Source of the DNA: Candidatus Iainarchaeum sp.
GTDB lineage: Archaea > Iainarchaeota > Iainarchaeia > Iainarchaeales > JAAZKV01
Direction of reading: 5' to 3'
Length of the DNA stretch: 64,000 nucleotides
NCBI GenBank assembly: GCA_026397015.1
Contig: JAPLVR010000003.1
Location: 186,359 to 250,358, forward strand
Shown: in pieces, positions 1-9,062 of the stretch
How positions within the stretch are numbered: the stretch's first letter is position 1
Layout of the letters: each line of letters starts with the position of its first letter
The notes under the pieces: model-generated
Database searches by the model: none
What the model was told of the DNA's origin: nothing
What the model saw: only the letters and a program-made list of their open reading frames with translations
Program-made: the position numbers and the translations under genes

Positions 1-2685
1 TTCGTCGCCGCTGCACTTTAAACATTCTGTCGCAATAACAGTAATTCCTCCGGTTCCGGTAGCCACTACCATTTCTGCTTGGGCACTCCCAATAGCGGTA
101 TGTGCAGTGTAAAGTTCAGACAATCTCGCCACATACAACACCGTTGTAATGTGCGAAAGCCCATCAATAACATCAATAATTTCACTTTTTCCGAATTCAT
201 TGGTTTCTTCCAAATCATCAAGCGCATCCGTTGCCGAATTCAAGCTTTCAGTTGCCGCTTCCAAATTTGCTATTGTTTCTTCGTGTGCGCCCTTTGCCAT
301 TTCCAAATATTTTTTAGCATCCGCATCATCGCTTGATGCAGAGTAGAAAGCATCAATTGCAGCAGCTTCCAATGCTTTTTGGGCATAATTTACAGCATTT
401 TTGGAACTTTCAACTGCCGCATTGGCGGATTCCAACGAAGCCTTTGCAAATTCTAATGTTTCATCCGCACTTGCTTTTCCGTCCCCCTCAGACAATGTCA
501 TCACTGAATCTACTGCTTGCATCATGCTCGTAACACTATCAAGAATTAACAAAAAACCTTCAAAATAACTTATTTCATATGCGGTTTTTGCAGTGACATA
601 TGAAGAAGCGACTTTGCCAGCAGCTGGAATTGCAATCAGTGTGCCGGCTGTTGCAGCAGATGGCCCACAAACCGAACCTGCAATAGCCGCCGCAGTTACA
701 GAAGCAACGTACATGTTTACTGCATAATCCCCTCCAGTGAACAATCCCCAGTTCACAACACAAACAGCTCCTTGAGCGGTTAACTCCGTAAGCGCCAATG
801 TTAACTGAACTGTCGCAACCGTCTTCCCGTAATCCGTTCCTTCCCCAAATGAATCAACTGCAGCTTGCGCAGCATCGACAGCGGATTGCGCGGCATCTTT
901 TACTTTGAGGGCTTCCTCATGAGCTTTTATTGAATCCAAATAAGCTTTTTTTATCAAAGCATTTCGCGGAGCGGAAAACGCCTGCGCCGTTGCGCGCGCC
1001 TCATCAATTTGCTTCAGAGTTTCTGTCAGGGACGCCTGATATTTTCCGACGCCTGCTTCTTTTCCTAAGTTGTTCCACCAGCCGCTTCCACCGGTGGAAG
1101 TGTCTTTTGATGTGCTTGAACTATTTACATCAGTAGAACCGCTTCCGCCTGAATTTGAATCAGCGGACAATGCTTCGCCTGCATTTGCATAAATGTCGCA
1201 GATGCTTGCATTCACATGAACGTCTTCCGCAAGAGTCGGGTTGGAGACGCGAATGGAATCTTTCGTGCCATTTCCAAGCAGAGAAATCACAAACTTATCG
1301 GGCTTAAGCATCTCATCGCTTGGCTCAACAAAAACTTCTTTTTCCGCAATGAATGCTTTTTTGTAGCCGACAATGTTTGCGTGAACTGTTAAGCCGTAAA
1401 CGCCCGGAATTTCTCCTTTTGTAATCATAATTGTTTTTTTGGAATTGCCGCGGGGGGAAAGGCTGAATGAAGCCGGAGAAATGTCAATTGAGCCCTCGCT
1501 CGCGCCGCCGGTGCACCCATCATCGCCGTCGCAGATATAGAACGCTATTGAGTCGGAGCTGCAGGCGGAAGCGTCAATTGTAATTTCCGCGCTTTCTTCG
1601 CCCTTCGGAATAACTAATTCTGATTTTGAAAACTTTACGCACTGCTCTAAATTGTCCAATGCAACATCAAAATTAATTCCGACTCCGTTTTGGTCCGAGC
1701 CGAACATCACCGAAAAATTTGCTTTCTGCCCCGCATACTCGACAAAAGGGGTAAAAATTATTTTTGCGGGGTAATCGCTTTTCGTAGCGGAATTTGTTAA
1801 AAGCGCCGGAGAAAGGGAGAGCGTTCTTCCCATTAATTCTCCTTTCTTATCCGCCATAACCACCTCGACTGTCCCCATTTGTTTGCTGTTCCATTTTACG
1901 TAAGCATTCAAATCCGCCTTTGTGTCGCAACTTACTTTAAGTTTGAAATCCGTTTCGAGCATTCCGAAGGGAGTTGATTCTCTCACCGAACTTTTGTTGA
2001 GCGCGAGGCAGCCGTTTGAAAAGTAATCTTTTATTGTCACGTGGACAGGAATCGTTATTATTGTTGTTTCATTCGTATCGGGATTGAGAACGGTAATTAG
2101 AACATTGACATCGTATTCTCCGGGCGGCAATCCTTCGGGAGGAAAGAGGTCAAAGGAAATCCTTCCATTCGCATCCACAGCAGCATTTTCAACCAGCCAC
2201 ACTATTTTGCCGTCGGTGCTTTTTCCCTCCGCCTTAACTATTATTGAATTTGGGGAAACCAGCGGCTCGCCCTTGATGCGCAGGGAAACTCTTGCGGAGG
2301 AATCGCCTGAAACCATAACTGCTTCCAACGGCGGGCCTTTTGAATTAATTGTTTTGTCTGCCTTTCCGTCCTGGAAATGCTGAATCGTTCCGGCAACATC
2401 ATTTCCTGAGTCGTCGGTAAACGAGTATGCACCCGAACCGGAAAAATTTCCCGGATTCATTAAAACGAGCAAAATTATTATTGCGACAACGATTGCAACA
2501 GGAACGATAAGCTGATTTCTTTTATCTTCCAAAAAAAATTCTAACTTGGTCAAAAGCCCTTCCTTTTCCGCGCTTTCTTCCTCTTCATCGCCGTAAAAAG
2601 AGGGTTTGTATTCTCTGGGCGAATAGTCTTCTTCAATGTCACCATAATAACTATCAGAACCCTTTGAGCGCTTTTTTGAAGCCAT
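1..2685 (-). CDS. large membrane-anchored hypothetical protein, truncated at window edge (at least 895 aa)
   Basis: Minus-strand ATG at 2685..2683 (rc ATGGCTTCAAAAAAGCGC). My manual translation stays open to position 1, ending ...ECLKCSGDE. The N-terminus is acidic, followed by one hydrophobic helix (LIVPVAIVVAIIILLVLM) and a long Ala/Ser/Thr/Asp-rich ectodomain. The other five frames hold only ORFs under 100 aa. Confidence 0.5.
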   Translation of the reverse strand, partial: MASKKRSKGSDSYYGDIEEDYSPREYKPSFYGDEEEESAEKEGLLTKLEFFLEDKRNQLIVPVAIVVAIIILLVLMNPGNFSGSGAYSFTDDSGNDVAGTIQHFQDGKADKTINSKGPPLEAVMVSGDSSARVSLRIKGEPLVSPNSIIVKAEGKSTDGKIVWLVENAAVDANGRISFDLFPPEGLPPGEYDVNVLITVLNPDTNETTIITIPVHVTIKDYFSNGCLALNKSSVRESTPFGMLETDFKLKVSCDTKADLNAYVKWNSKQMGTVEVVMADKKGELMGRTLSLSPALLTNSATKSDYPAKIIFTPFVEYAGQKANFSVMFGSDQNGVGINFDVALDNLEQCVKFSKSELVIPKGEESAEITIDASACSSDSIAFYICDGDDGCTGGASEGSIDISPASFSLSPRGNSKKTIMITKGEIPGVYGLTVHANIVGYKKAFIAEKEVFVEPSDEMLKPDKFVISLLGNGTKDSIRVSNPTLAEDVHVNASICDIYANAGEALSADSNSGGSGSTDVNSSSTSKDTSTGGSGWWNNLGKEAGVGKYQASLTETLKQIDEARATAQAFSAPRNALIKKAYLDSIKAHEEALKVKDAAQSAVDAAQAAVDSFGEGTDYGKTVATVQLTLALTELTAQGAVCVVNWGLFTGGDYAVNMYVASVTAAAIAGSVCGPSAATAGTLIAIPAAGKVASSYVTAKTAYEISYFEGFLLILDSVTSMMQAVDSVMTLSEGDGKASADETLEFAKASLESANAAVESSKNAVNYAQKALEAAAIDAFYSASSDDADAKKYLEMAKGAHEETIANLEAATESLNSATDALDDLEETNEFGKSEIIDVIDGLSHITTVLYVARLSELYTAHTAIGSAQAEMVVATGTGGITVIATECLKCSGDE

Positions 2686-2836
2686 TTTTCCCACTGAAAA
2701 CCCGCAATTTTGCCGCAACAATTATTCAAAAACCTGCAACCTCGCTGTAACTATTATATGCAATCTTGCTATAACTATTATTTCTCTTTCATATATATAT
2801 GCATGTTGTTCTGCGGAATTCATTAATTCAAACGCA

Positions 2837-3808
2837 TTAATCCCTTTCAATTATTTTGGTTTTAAAGCGGCTTTTCCTTTTTTTCAGCAAAACAATTCTT
2901 GACTCCTTTTTTTCTGATTCATATGCATAGGAAGGCATCTTTTCGAGCAGCTGTTCCGAATATGCTTTCACCTCGGAGTGGGAAGGCATTGCCTCGTACT
3001 TCAGGCGGCGCCTTGAAAAGCCGAGATTCATATACGCTTTAACCTCGATGAAATCGCTTTGAACGGCTTCCAAAACTTCCGCAAATTCGCACAATGTTTC
3101 CTCGGAATAATTCAATTCTTTTATGAGTGTTAGGCGGATAACCGTTCTGCACGGAAGCAGTTTCAGAAGCGCGAGAGATTTCAAATAATTTTTCCAGCCG
3201 TTTTTTTCGGTGTTGCATGTGATTTTTCTGTAAAGCCCTTTATTTGGAGCCGCTATGGAAATGTAAAGCTGGGTCGGGAGGGAATTTTTTTCCCACAACT
3301 GGAAAAGCATTTTTGGGTTTTGGCCGTTTGAAACCAAAAAAACCGTTTCTGTTTTTGGTCTTTTTTTCAAAAGTGAAATCAGCTGGGGAAGTTTTTTGTA
3401 AAGGGTGGGTTCGCCGCTCAAAGAAATCGCCCAGTGTTTTTCCTCCATCGCTTCGTCATATCTTTTTCTTGCAGAAGCGCCGCTGCTTTTGAATCCGCTG
3501 ATAAGAATTTTTCTTTCTTCAATCAACCCTTCAATCATTTTTTCCGGAGAGAGCGGAGAAGGGGGTTTGCCTCGCATATATTCCATCGGGCGCCAGCAAA
3601 AGACACAGGAATTGTTGCACCACAAAGCACTCGGAGTAATCTGGTGGCAGCTGATGCAGTGCGCGCCGTAAAAGTCCTGCTTGTAGCAGTGCCCCTTGCC
3701 CCTGAGCGCTTTCTTGTTCCACTCGCACACCTGAATTGCGGCATCGCCGTTGCCGAAGAAACGGTACTGCTTTTTCCTGAACTCCCTTAAAAGACTTTCC
3801 TTGTTCAT
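2837..3808 (-). CDS. taw1: tRNA 4-demethylwyosine synthase (TYW1/Taw1), radical SAM
   Basis: CxxxCxxC cluster CNNSCVFCWRP, with the TYW1-like organisation including C-terminal EVKAYMNLG...RRRL. The ORF is 323 aa. Confidence 0.8.
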   Translation of the reverse strand: MNKESLLREFRKKQYRFFGNGDAAIQVCEWNKKALRGKGHCYKQDFYGAHCISCHQITPSALWCNNSCVFCWRPMEYMRGKPPSPLSPEKMIEGLIEERKILISGFKSSGASARKRYDEAMEEKHWAISLSGEPTLYKKLPQLISLLKKRPKTETVFLVSNGQNPKMLFQLWEKNSLPTQLYISIAAPNKGLYRKITCNTEKNGWKNYLKSLALLKLLPCRTVIRLTLIKELNYSEETLCEFAEVLEAVQSDFIEVKAYMNLGFSRRRLKYEAMPSHSEVKAYSEQLLEKMPSYAYESEKKESRIVLLKKRKSRFKTKIIERD

Positions 3809-3902
3809 TGAAATTATTGGAGTGAGGAGTTTTTTTAAACAGGAATTTTTTTAAACAAAACAGGCATTACTTCTAACAGCAAATATAAATCTGAGACAAA
3901 GG

Positions 3903-4349
3903 GTGAAAAAAATGGAGGGTTCAATACAATTCATTTCGAATTACGAGGATTGGAAGGCAATAAAAAAAATAAAGATAACAGGGCAAACTAATCCGAGAAC
4001 GGTTGCGGAGTTTCTTGCTGGCCTTTCAACGAGCCTTGATTCGAAAGTAGAATCAAATTTAAGAAAAATAGTCGCGCTCGACAAGCTGGACGCGGCGGTA
4101 AAAGAACTTGCATTCGGAAAAGGGGATTCGGCAAGGGCGCTTGAAGAAATCAATTCGAGAAAAATTTCTGCCGTAATAAACGAAATTATTGAGCTTCCAA
4201 ATTTGCAGGCGAATGAAAAAAAGGAATTGCAGCAATTCTGCAGGGTTTATGCGACAAAAAAGGCCCTGAAAGAATGCGGGCTCATGGTTGATTATTCGGA
4301 AATCGATATTCCCGGAATGAAAAGGCTCAAGAAAAAAAAAGTTGAATAG
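3903..4349 (+). CDS. hypothetical protein (148 aa)
   Basis: Clean ORF divergent from taw1, with no recognisable motif. Confidence 0.45.
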   Translation: MKKMEGSIQFISNYEDWKAIKKIKITGQTNPRTVAEFLAGLSTSLDSKVESNLRKIVALDKLDAAVKELAFGKGDSARALEEINSRKISAVINEIIELPNLQANEKKELQQFCRVYATKKALKECGLMVDYSEIDIPGMKRLKKKKVE

Positions 4350-4433
4350 GTTAGAAAAAACCCTATAAATTAAAATAGGTTAGAAAAAACCCGATAAATT
4401 AAAATAGGTTAGAAAAAAATCCAATAAAAATAA
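4347..4433. repeat. tandem direct repeat, 3 x 29 bp (TAGGTTAGAAAAAACCCTATAAATTAAAA)
   Basis: Copies sit at 4347-4375, 4376-4404 and 4405-4433, with the third degenerate. Each carries a TATA-like ATAAATTAAAA core. The array begins on the stop codon of the upstream gene and lies ~50 nt before the PAP2 start. Confidence 0.8.
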
Positions 4434-4485
4434 TATCAAACAAAAATATCAAATAAAAATTCATCTGAGAAAAAAAGTGCTGTAA

Positions 4486-5322
4486 ATGTTCGACGAAATA
4501 ATTGCCAACCAAATTTTGCAGGGATTCATGAGCCCCGCGCTTACCTTATTTTTTCAAATAGTGACTTTCTTCGGCCACCCGATAATTTGGTTCGTTGCGG
4601 CTGCATGGCTTTTCTGGCTCGGAAAGGAAAAAAGAAGCGCAATACTGGTTTCGCTTATCGTGGCGGTCGCAGTAATTTCAACCGGGGTTAAAACGCTGAT
4701 TGCGAGGCCGCGGCCGGCGGGAATTGAAATACTTGAAATGCAGGACACGACCTATTCGATGCCCTCAAGCCACGCCGCAATAGGCGGGGCGATGTACGCG
4801 TTCTTTGAAAAAAAATTGGTCGGAAAATTAAAACCTCTTCAGGCACTCCTTCTCGCGGCAATAATTCTGATAGCGATTTCAAGAATCTATTTGGGCGTCC
4901 ACTTCCTCAGCGACGCAATTGTCGGGCTTTTTTTGGGTTACATCATTGCAAAGGCGGTTCTGATTTACGAAGAAAGAATGGTAAAAATAAATCTGGTAAA
5001 ACTTGTCAAGATGGAATGGCCTTTCCTCCTTTCAATAATTTTCATCGCATCCATTCTTCTGATTCAACTGCTTCCGAGCGCCCTTTACGAGGCACAGACG
5101 CTTCTCGGGTATTATTTTGGTTTTATACTTCACAAACAGGGGCACAAAATATACGACGCAAAAAACAGGCCCCTAATACTTTTAATCGGAACCGCACTTC
5201 TTGCAGCAATCGGCTTTTTCGCGTATGAAATCGGGGGAATAGTCGGCGCTGTGCTATTCTTCACCGCCGGATTATTTGTAACGTTCATCTGGCCGTTTGC
5301 TTACTCAAAGTTGAAGCTTTAA
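4486..5322 (+). CDS. PAP2-family phosphatase (phosphatidic acid / undecaprenyl-PP phosphatase-like), membrane
   Basis: The three PAP2 motifs are present: KTLIARPRP (KxxxxxxRP), PSSH, and SRIYLGVHFLSD (SRxxxxxHxxxD). Multiple TM helices, including an extra C-terminal TM domain. Confidence 0.8.
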   Translation: MFDEIIANQILQGFMSPALTLFFQIVTFFGHPIIWFVAAAWLFWLGKEKRSAILVSLIVAVAVISTGVKTLIARPRPAGIEILEMQDTTYSMPSSHAAIGGAMYAFFEKKLVGKLKPLQALLLAAIILIAISRIYLGVHFLSDAIVGLFLGYIIAKAVLIYEERMVKINLVKLVKMEWPFLLSIIFIASILLIQLLPSALYEAQTLLGYYFGFILHKQGHKIYDAKNRPLILLIGTALLAAIGFFAYEIGGIVGAVLFFTAGLFVTFIWPFAYSKLKL

Positions 5323-5644
5323 CCGGCTTCAAAAGTCAAGGATAAAACTTTAAAAACAAAGCAGCAACTAATTATAGGGTTTTGTCCGCAAAGCGGAGAA
5401 CCAATTGTTTGTGGCAGTTGCATTTGCGAAGTATGCTGCATCGAGCGAAAGCGAAGATGCTGCTCAGATGCCAACTGGCTGCAGCAGTTGCCCCCCTTAG
5501 TTTAGTAGCTTGAACGCTCGGCTGTAGATATAGCCCTTTTCTTTTCGAAAGAAAAGTGCTATCATCCCAAAAGAAATTTTAGGATGCTTTTATTTCAGCG
5601 ATTGCTGATACGAGTAAAAGGAATAGCTACCGAGAGATCCCCGG

Positions 5645-5666
5645 TGCAACTCTGGGAGGGGGGATT
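5645..5666 (+). repeat. island motif copy A (TGCAACTCTGGGAGGGGGGATT) within hairpin ATCCCC...GGGGAT
   Basis: Seen directly. The stem spans 5637-5642 and 5660-5665. Confidence 0.7.
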
Positions 5667-5730
5667 ACACTTATAGTGCAATTCAATCAATTAGCAAAGA
5701 TTTATATTAATTAAAAAATATTGTGTTGAT

Positions 5731-5964
5731 ATGGGACTAAGAAGATTAATACGATTGAAAAAGCTTCAACGCTTGAAGAGGGATCCGGAGCGAAGAGCGC
5801 AACTTGAAGTTGCCCGGGACTTTAGAAGATACTCTAGAATTAATCAGGAACCCAATTCACTTACTGGTGAAAAAGATCCAGGCATGTTACAAATTGCAAG
5901 CAAACAACGAGCAACCGCTAATAGAATTACAGCTGATCTGAAGAAAAAAAGAAAATCTCTGTAA
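5731..5964 (+). CDS. small basic hypothetical protein (77 aa)
   Basis: The ATG is preceded by a TATA-like TTTATATT ~25 nt upstream. The protein is Arg/Lys-rich and first in the same-strand small-gene array. Confidence 0.35.
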   Translation: MGLRRLIRLKKLQRLKRDPERRAQLEVARDFRRYSRINQEPNSLTGEKDPGMLQIASKQRATANRITADLKKKRKSL

Positions 5965-5993
5965 TTTGTTGCTAATCTACAGAATGGCGCTGG

Positions 5994-6018
5994 CTGCGGC
6001 AGTCGAGAAGGGGGAATT
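5994..6018 (+). repeat. island motif copy B, variant (CTGCGGCAGTCGAGAAGGGGGAATT)
   Basis: Lies 30 nt after the stop of 5731..5964. It contains a GGGAATTCCC palindrome. Confidence 0.55.
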
Positions 6019-6161
6019 CCCTTTAGAGGGGCACCACCTAAACTAGTTCGACCACAAACTCTTGTTTTTACTACACACGCCCCTCAACTGCAAAAAACAC
6101 GCAATCTTACTTGTAAGAAATCCTTAAATATTAGTTTGAATACAGTATTAACGGTGATTGG

Positions 6162-6410
6162 ATGCAGCCAATAGTTGAAACAACAAAGATGTCCACAAAA
6201 GGGCAAATAATAATACCTAAAGAAGTAAGGGATTTCACCCAAAGCAAGGAAAATACACTGTTTACAGTAACGCCAGTGAACACTGACACGATTATCCTCA
6301 AAAAATTAAACAGGCAAGAAATGGTGAAAGAATTCCAAAAAATAAGGCAAGAAGTAAAAGGCAAGCTTTCAGAGGATGAAATCAATGACCTCATACACAA
6401 AGTTCGATAG
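6162..6410 (+). CDS. vapB: AbrB/SpoVT-MazE-type antitoxin (VapB-like)
   Basis: N-terminal swapped-hairpin signature MSTKGQIIIPKEVRD, 82 aa. The ORF overlaps the start of the downstream PIN gene. Confidence 0.65.
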   Translation: MQPIVETTKMSTKGQIIIPKEVRDFTQSKENTLFTVTPVNTDTIILKKLNRQEMVKEFQKIRQEVKGKLSEDEINDLIHKVR

Positions 6411-6819
6411 CCGAAAACTCGTCCTAGACACAAACATAATAATTTCAGCGTTAATAGGAAAGCACGGCGAATCGGCAAAACTATTCGAAAAACTAATCCA
6501 GGAAGAAATTGACAACTATACAAGCAAAGAAATCATCCAAGAAATAATTGACGTGCTAAACAGAAAAGAAATAATAAAAAGAACAGCAAAAGAAGCAAGA
6601 ACATTCATCCTAGAACAATACCTCACACACTCAAAAATAGTTGTGCCAAAAGAAAAACACAAAATCACGGCACATGAATCAGACAACAAATTCATTGATA
6701 CGGCAATTGAAGCAAAAGCAAGCTTTATCGTAAGCGGAGACAAACACTTGCTTGAAATAAAAGAATTTAAAGAAATAAAAATAATAAGAGCAAAAGAATA
6801 CTTAGGCAACGGAAAATGA
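6376..6819 (+). CDS. vapC: PIN-domain ribonuclease toxin (VapC-like)
   Basis: Acidic residues at PIN positions (LVLDTNIII...; ...FIDTAIEAKASFIVSGDKHL). Overlaps vapB by ~35 nt. The alternative start is Met at 6385. Confidence 0.7.
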   Translation: MKSMTSYTKFDSRKLVLDTNIIISALIGKHGESAKLFEKLIQEEIDNYTSKEIIQEIIDVLNRKEIIKRTAKEARTFILEQYLTHSKIVVPKEKHKITAHESDNKFIDTAIEAKASFIVSGDKHLLEIKEFKEIKIIRAKEYLGNGK

Positions 6820-6850
6820 AAAGCAAACTGCCAACCAAGAACAACCCGCG

Positions 6851-6868
6851 TGCAACTCTGGGGGGATT
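6851..6868 (+). repeat. island motif copy C (TGCAACTCTGGGGGGATT) followed by ATTTATATAA
   Basis: Lies 32 nt after the vapC stop. Confidence 0.7.
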
Positions 6869-6919
6869 ACATTTATATAATTCAAACGACTTATGCTTAG
6901 ATTGGAGTGGTGATTTTAT

Positions 6920-7216
6920 TTGAATAAAAAATTTGGTTTAAAGTTTTTATTTGATCCGCAGTTTTTATTTGATTTACAGTTTTTAGCACTCAAAATTATA
7001 GGATTGCTGATTGCAACATATTTCATCTCAAACCTTTACTTTACGGCAATCACAAGCACCTTTGCAAATTTGGAATATTTAACTTACTACTGGCCATTTT
7101 TTACTCTGGAAATATTAGCCGCTTTAATAGGGCTGTATTTACTTTTTCGGCAAAAGAAATTCCCGGAAATGAAAATCCCTGAAAAACAAAAAAATGGGAA
7201 TAAGAAAAAGAAATAA
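6920..7216 (+). CDS. small membrane protein (98 aa, TTG start) with FPEMKIPEKQ..KKKK tail
   Basis: Two predicted TM helices. The C-terminal tail is shared with ORF 9559..9801. Confidence 0.4.
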   Translation: MNKKFGLKFLFDPQFLFDLQFLALKIIGLLIATYFISNLYFTAITSTFANLEYLTYYWPFFTLEILAALIGLYLLFRQKKFPEMKIPEKQKNGNKKKK

Positions 7217-7235
7217 ATATGCGGAACGGCCCCGA

Positions 7236-7259
7236 CTGCAGCAATCGGGGAGGGGATTT
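7236..7259 (+). repeat. island motif copy D, variant (CTGCAGCAATCGGGGAGGGGATTT) in hairpin CCCCGA...TCGGGG
   Basis: Lies 20 nt after the stop of 6920..7216. A TATA-like TTTTTATAC follows. Confidence 0.65.
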
Positions 7260-7290
7260 ATTTTTATACAATTCTTTGTTTGATTTAGTC

Positions 7291-8388
7291 ATGAATAAAT
7301 CAATGCGAGATGCTACGACTGAGCCTATTCTGGATTATTCCAAGTTGCTGCGCCCCGCCAACTTTATCGGGGCTTCTCAGGAGGGGATTATTTCTTTTGG
7401 TTCGGGCCAACCTGACCTTGCTCCGCCGCAGGAAGTTTTTTCCGGCTTAGGGTTGCACAGGACATTCAAATACGGGCCTGTTGCCGGGCAGGACACATTA
7501 AGGGAAGCGCTTGCGAAAGAAAACCCCTTGTTTAGCAAAGAGCATTTTGTTATAACTAACGGGTCTTCGGAAGCGCTGGATATTATTTTTCGCGTACTTG
7601 CAAAACCAAAAGACAAAATACTGATACACACGCCATACTACTATTCGTACAAACCATTACTAGAGCTAAACAATTTTGAACCCGTATTAGTAAATACCGT
7701 CAAGGGGAAAATTGATATGGGGGATTTTAGAAAAAAAGTTGTGGGGGTCAAGGCTGTGTTGATTAATTCTCCGAGCAATCCTACCGGCGTGATTCAAGAA
7801 ATCAGTGCGCTTAAAGAAATTGAAAAAATAACAAAAGACCTCGATATCCCTCTGGTGTCTGATGAAGTGTATAAGGACTTGATTTATGAGAGAGAAAATT
7901 ATTCTCTTTCAGGGCCGCACGTGATTACGGTGAATTCATTCTCAAAAACATTCAACCTGTGCGGTTTGCGCGTAGGGTACTTATTCTCCAATGACTTGGG
8001 CATAGTAAACAAAGTGATTAATTTCAAGTCCCATAGCTCAATGAACACTTCAATTCTTTCCCAAGAGATGGCAGTGAAAGCGCTTAGTGTTCCGAAAAAG
8101 TTTATACGGGACCAGGTCAAGATTTGGAAGAGCAGAAGGGATTTGATATACGAGGGGCTAACTGAAATGGGCCTTGATTTGTGGAAACCGGAAGGCGCAT
8201 TTTATGTTTTCCCAAAAATCGACAACCCCGAAAAATTCGTGTATGAGATGCATAAATACCACAAGGTTATCACTTACCCCGGAACCTGGTTTGGAGACAA
8301 CGAACGGGTAAGATTTTCTTACGCTCTTAACGCAAACAAAATTGAGGAAGGACTAGAGCGAGTGAGAAAGTACTTACACCGCCCATAA
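7291..8388 (+). CDS. class I/II PLP-dependent aminotransferase
   Basis: PLP-lysine motif NSFSKTFNLCGLRVGY, about 365 aa. The tool start at 7219 would translate island motif D, so the start was moved to ATG 7291 (MNKSMRD). Confidence 0.8.
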   Translation: MNKSMRDATTEPILDYSKLLRPANFIGASQEGIISFGSGQPDLAPPQEVFSGLGLHRTFKYGPVAGQDTLREALAKENPLFSKEHFVITNGSSEALDIIFRVLAKPKDKILIHTPYYYSYKPLLELNNFEPVLVNTVKGKIDMGDFRKKVVGVKAVLINSPSNPTGVIQEISALKEIEKITKDLDIPLVSDEVYKDLIYERENYSLSGPHVITVNSFSKTFNLCGLRVGYLFSNDLGIVNKVINFKSHSSMNTSILSQEMAVKALSVPKKFIRDQVKIWKSRRDLIYEGLTEMGLDLWKPEGAFYVFPKIDNPEKFVYEMHKYHKVITYPGTWFGDNERVRFSYALNANKIEEGLERVRKYLHRP

Positions 8389-8400
8389 TTCTGGCACCGT

Positions 8401-8420
8401 AGCAACTCTGGAGGGGGATT
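8401..8420 (+). repeat. island motif copy E (AGCAACTCTGGAGGGGGATT) followed by T7
   Basis: Lies 13 nt after the aminotransferase stop. A further hairpin follows at 8434-8455. Confidence 0.7.
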
Positions 8421-8525
8421 TTTTTCTTATTACTGCACCGCCTTTAGGCAGTGCATATGTGTCGGTGCCAGCGGACGAAACCGCCGAACGATATGTTTAA
8501 ATTCTGTAATTTACAGAATTTGTGC

Positions 8526-8888
8526 ATGACAAAGACTCGTATAAGAACGCTTTCCAAAGAGGTAATAATTAACATAAACAAGAAATTCTCTGATGGAATA
8601 ATGCGAAATGAGGGGGAAATAGACCACGTAGTGTACAAAGTTGCCGGTACCAGAGGGATAGATAGAAAAGCCGCTACATTGCTAATGGACATTGCAAGAA
8701 AGCATGCTTTCACTGACGGAAATAAAAGAACCGCTTATGAATCAATGCTTACATTACTTGAACTGAATGGAAAAAAACTTGAAGTTGGAGAAACATCGAG
8801 ATTTAATGTTGTTGTTTGGGTAGTAAAACCGAAAACAAATTTAGAGGAAATAATTACGTGGATAGCAAACCACACAAGGGGTAACTAA
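8526..8888 (+). CDS. doc: Doc (death-on-curing) / Fic-family toxin
   Basis: Doc motif HAFTDGNKRTA (HxFx[DN]GNKR). The start was moved to ATG 8526, because the tool's GTG 8451 start would translate motif E and a hairpin. Confidence 0.7.
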   Translation: MTKTRIRTLSKEVIININKKFSDGIMRNEGEIDHVVYKVAGTRGIDRKAATLLMDIARKHAFTDGNKRTAYESMLTLLELNGKKLEVGETSRFNVVVWVVKPKTNLEEIITWIANHTRGN

Positions 8889-8889
8889 A

Positions 8890-9018
8890 ATGAAAGTAAT
8901 AAAAGTCAAAGGAAAAAGAGAACCAATAACAATGGCTGAATGGAGTGACGTTAAAGAAATGGTTGAAAGACACCTAAAAGAAAACAAAACATTCTACGCA
9001 CAACTAGCTGAATTATAA
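8890..9018 (+). CDS. small ORF (42 aa) downstream of doc, possible cognate antitoxin
   Basis: ATG 2 nt after the doc stop, encoding MKVIKVKGKREPITMAEWSDVKEMVERHLKENKTFYAQLAEL. Below the ORF-track size cutoff. Its position is atypical, since Phd normally precedes Doc. Confidence 0.3.
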   Translation: MKVIKVKGKREPITMAEWSDVKEMVERHLKENKTFYAQLAEL

Positions 9019-9062
9019 TTGTGACAAGCAACAGTTTTGACCGTAATCTTGAGCGCCCCGTG

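Noticed and set aside
4347-4433. Possible CRISPR array (regular 29-bp repeats)
   Set aside because: The units are directly adjacent with no spacers, the array holds only three copies, and no cas genes are nearby. It is a simple tandem repeat.
7219-8525. Tool ORF starts at 7219 (aminotransferase) and 8451 (doc)
   Set aside because: The extra N-terminal residues are translations of conserved intergenic motifs and hairpins (motifs D and E). Downstream in-frame ATGs with TATA-like boxes ~25-30 nt upstream are used instead.
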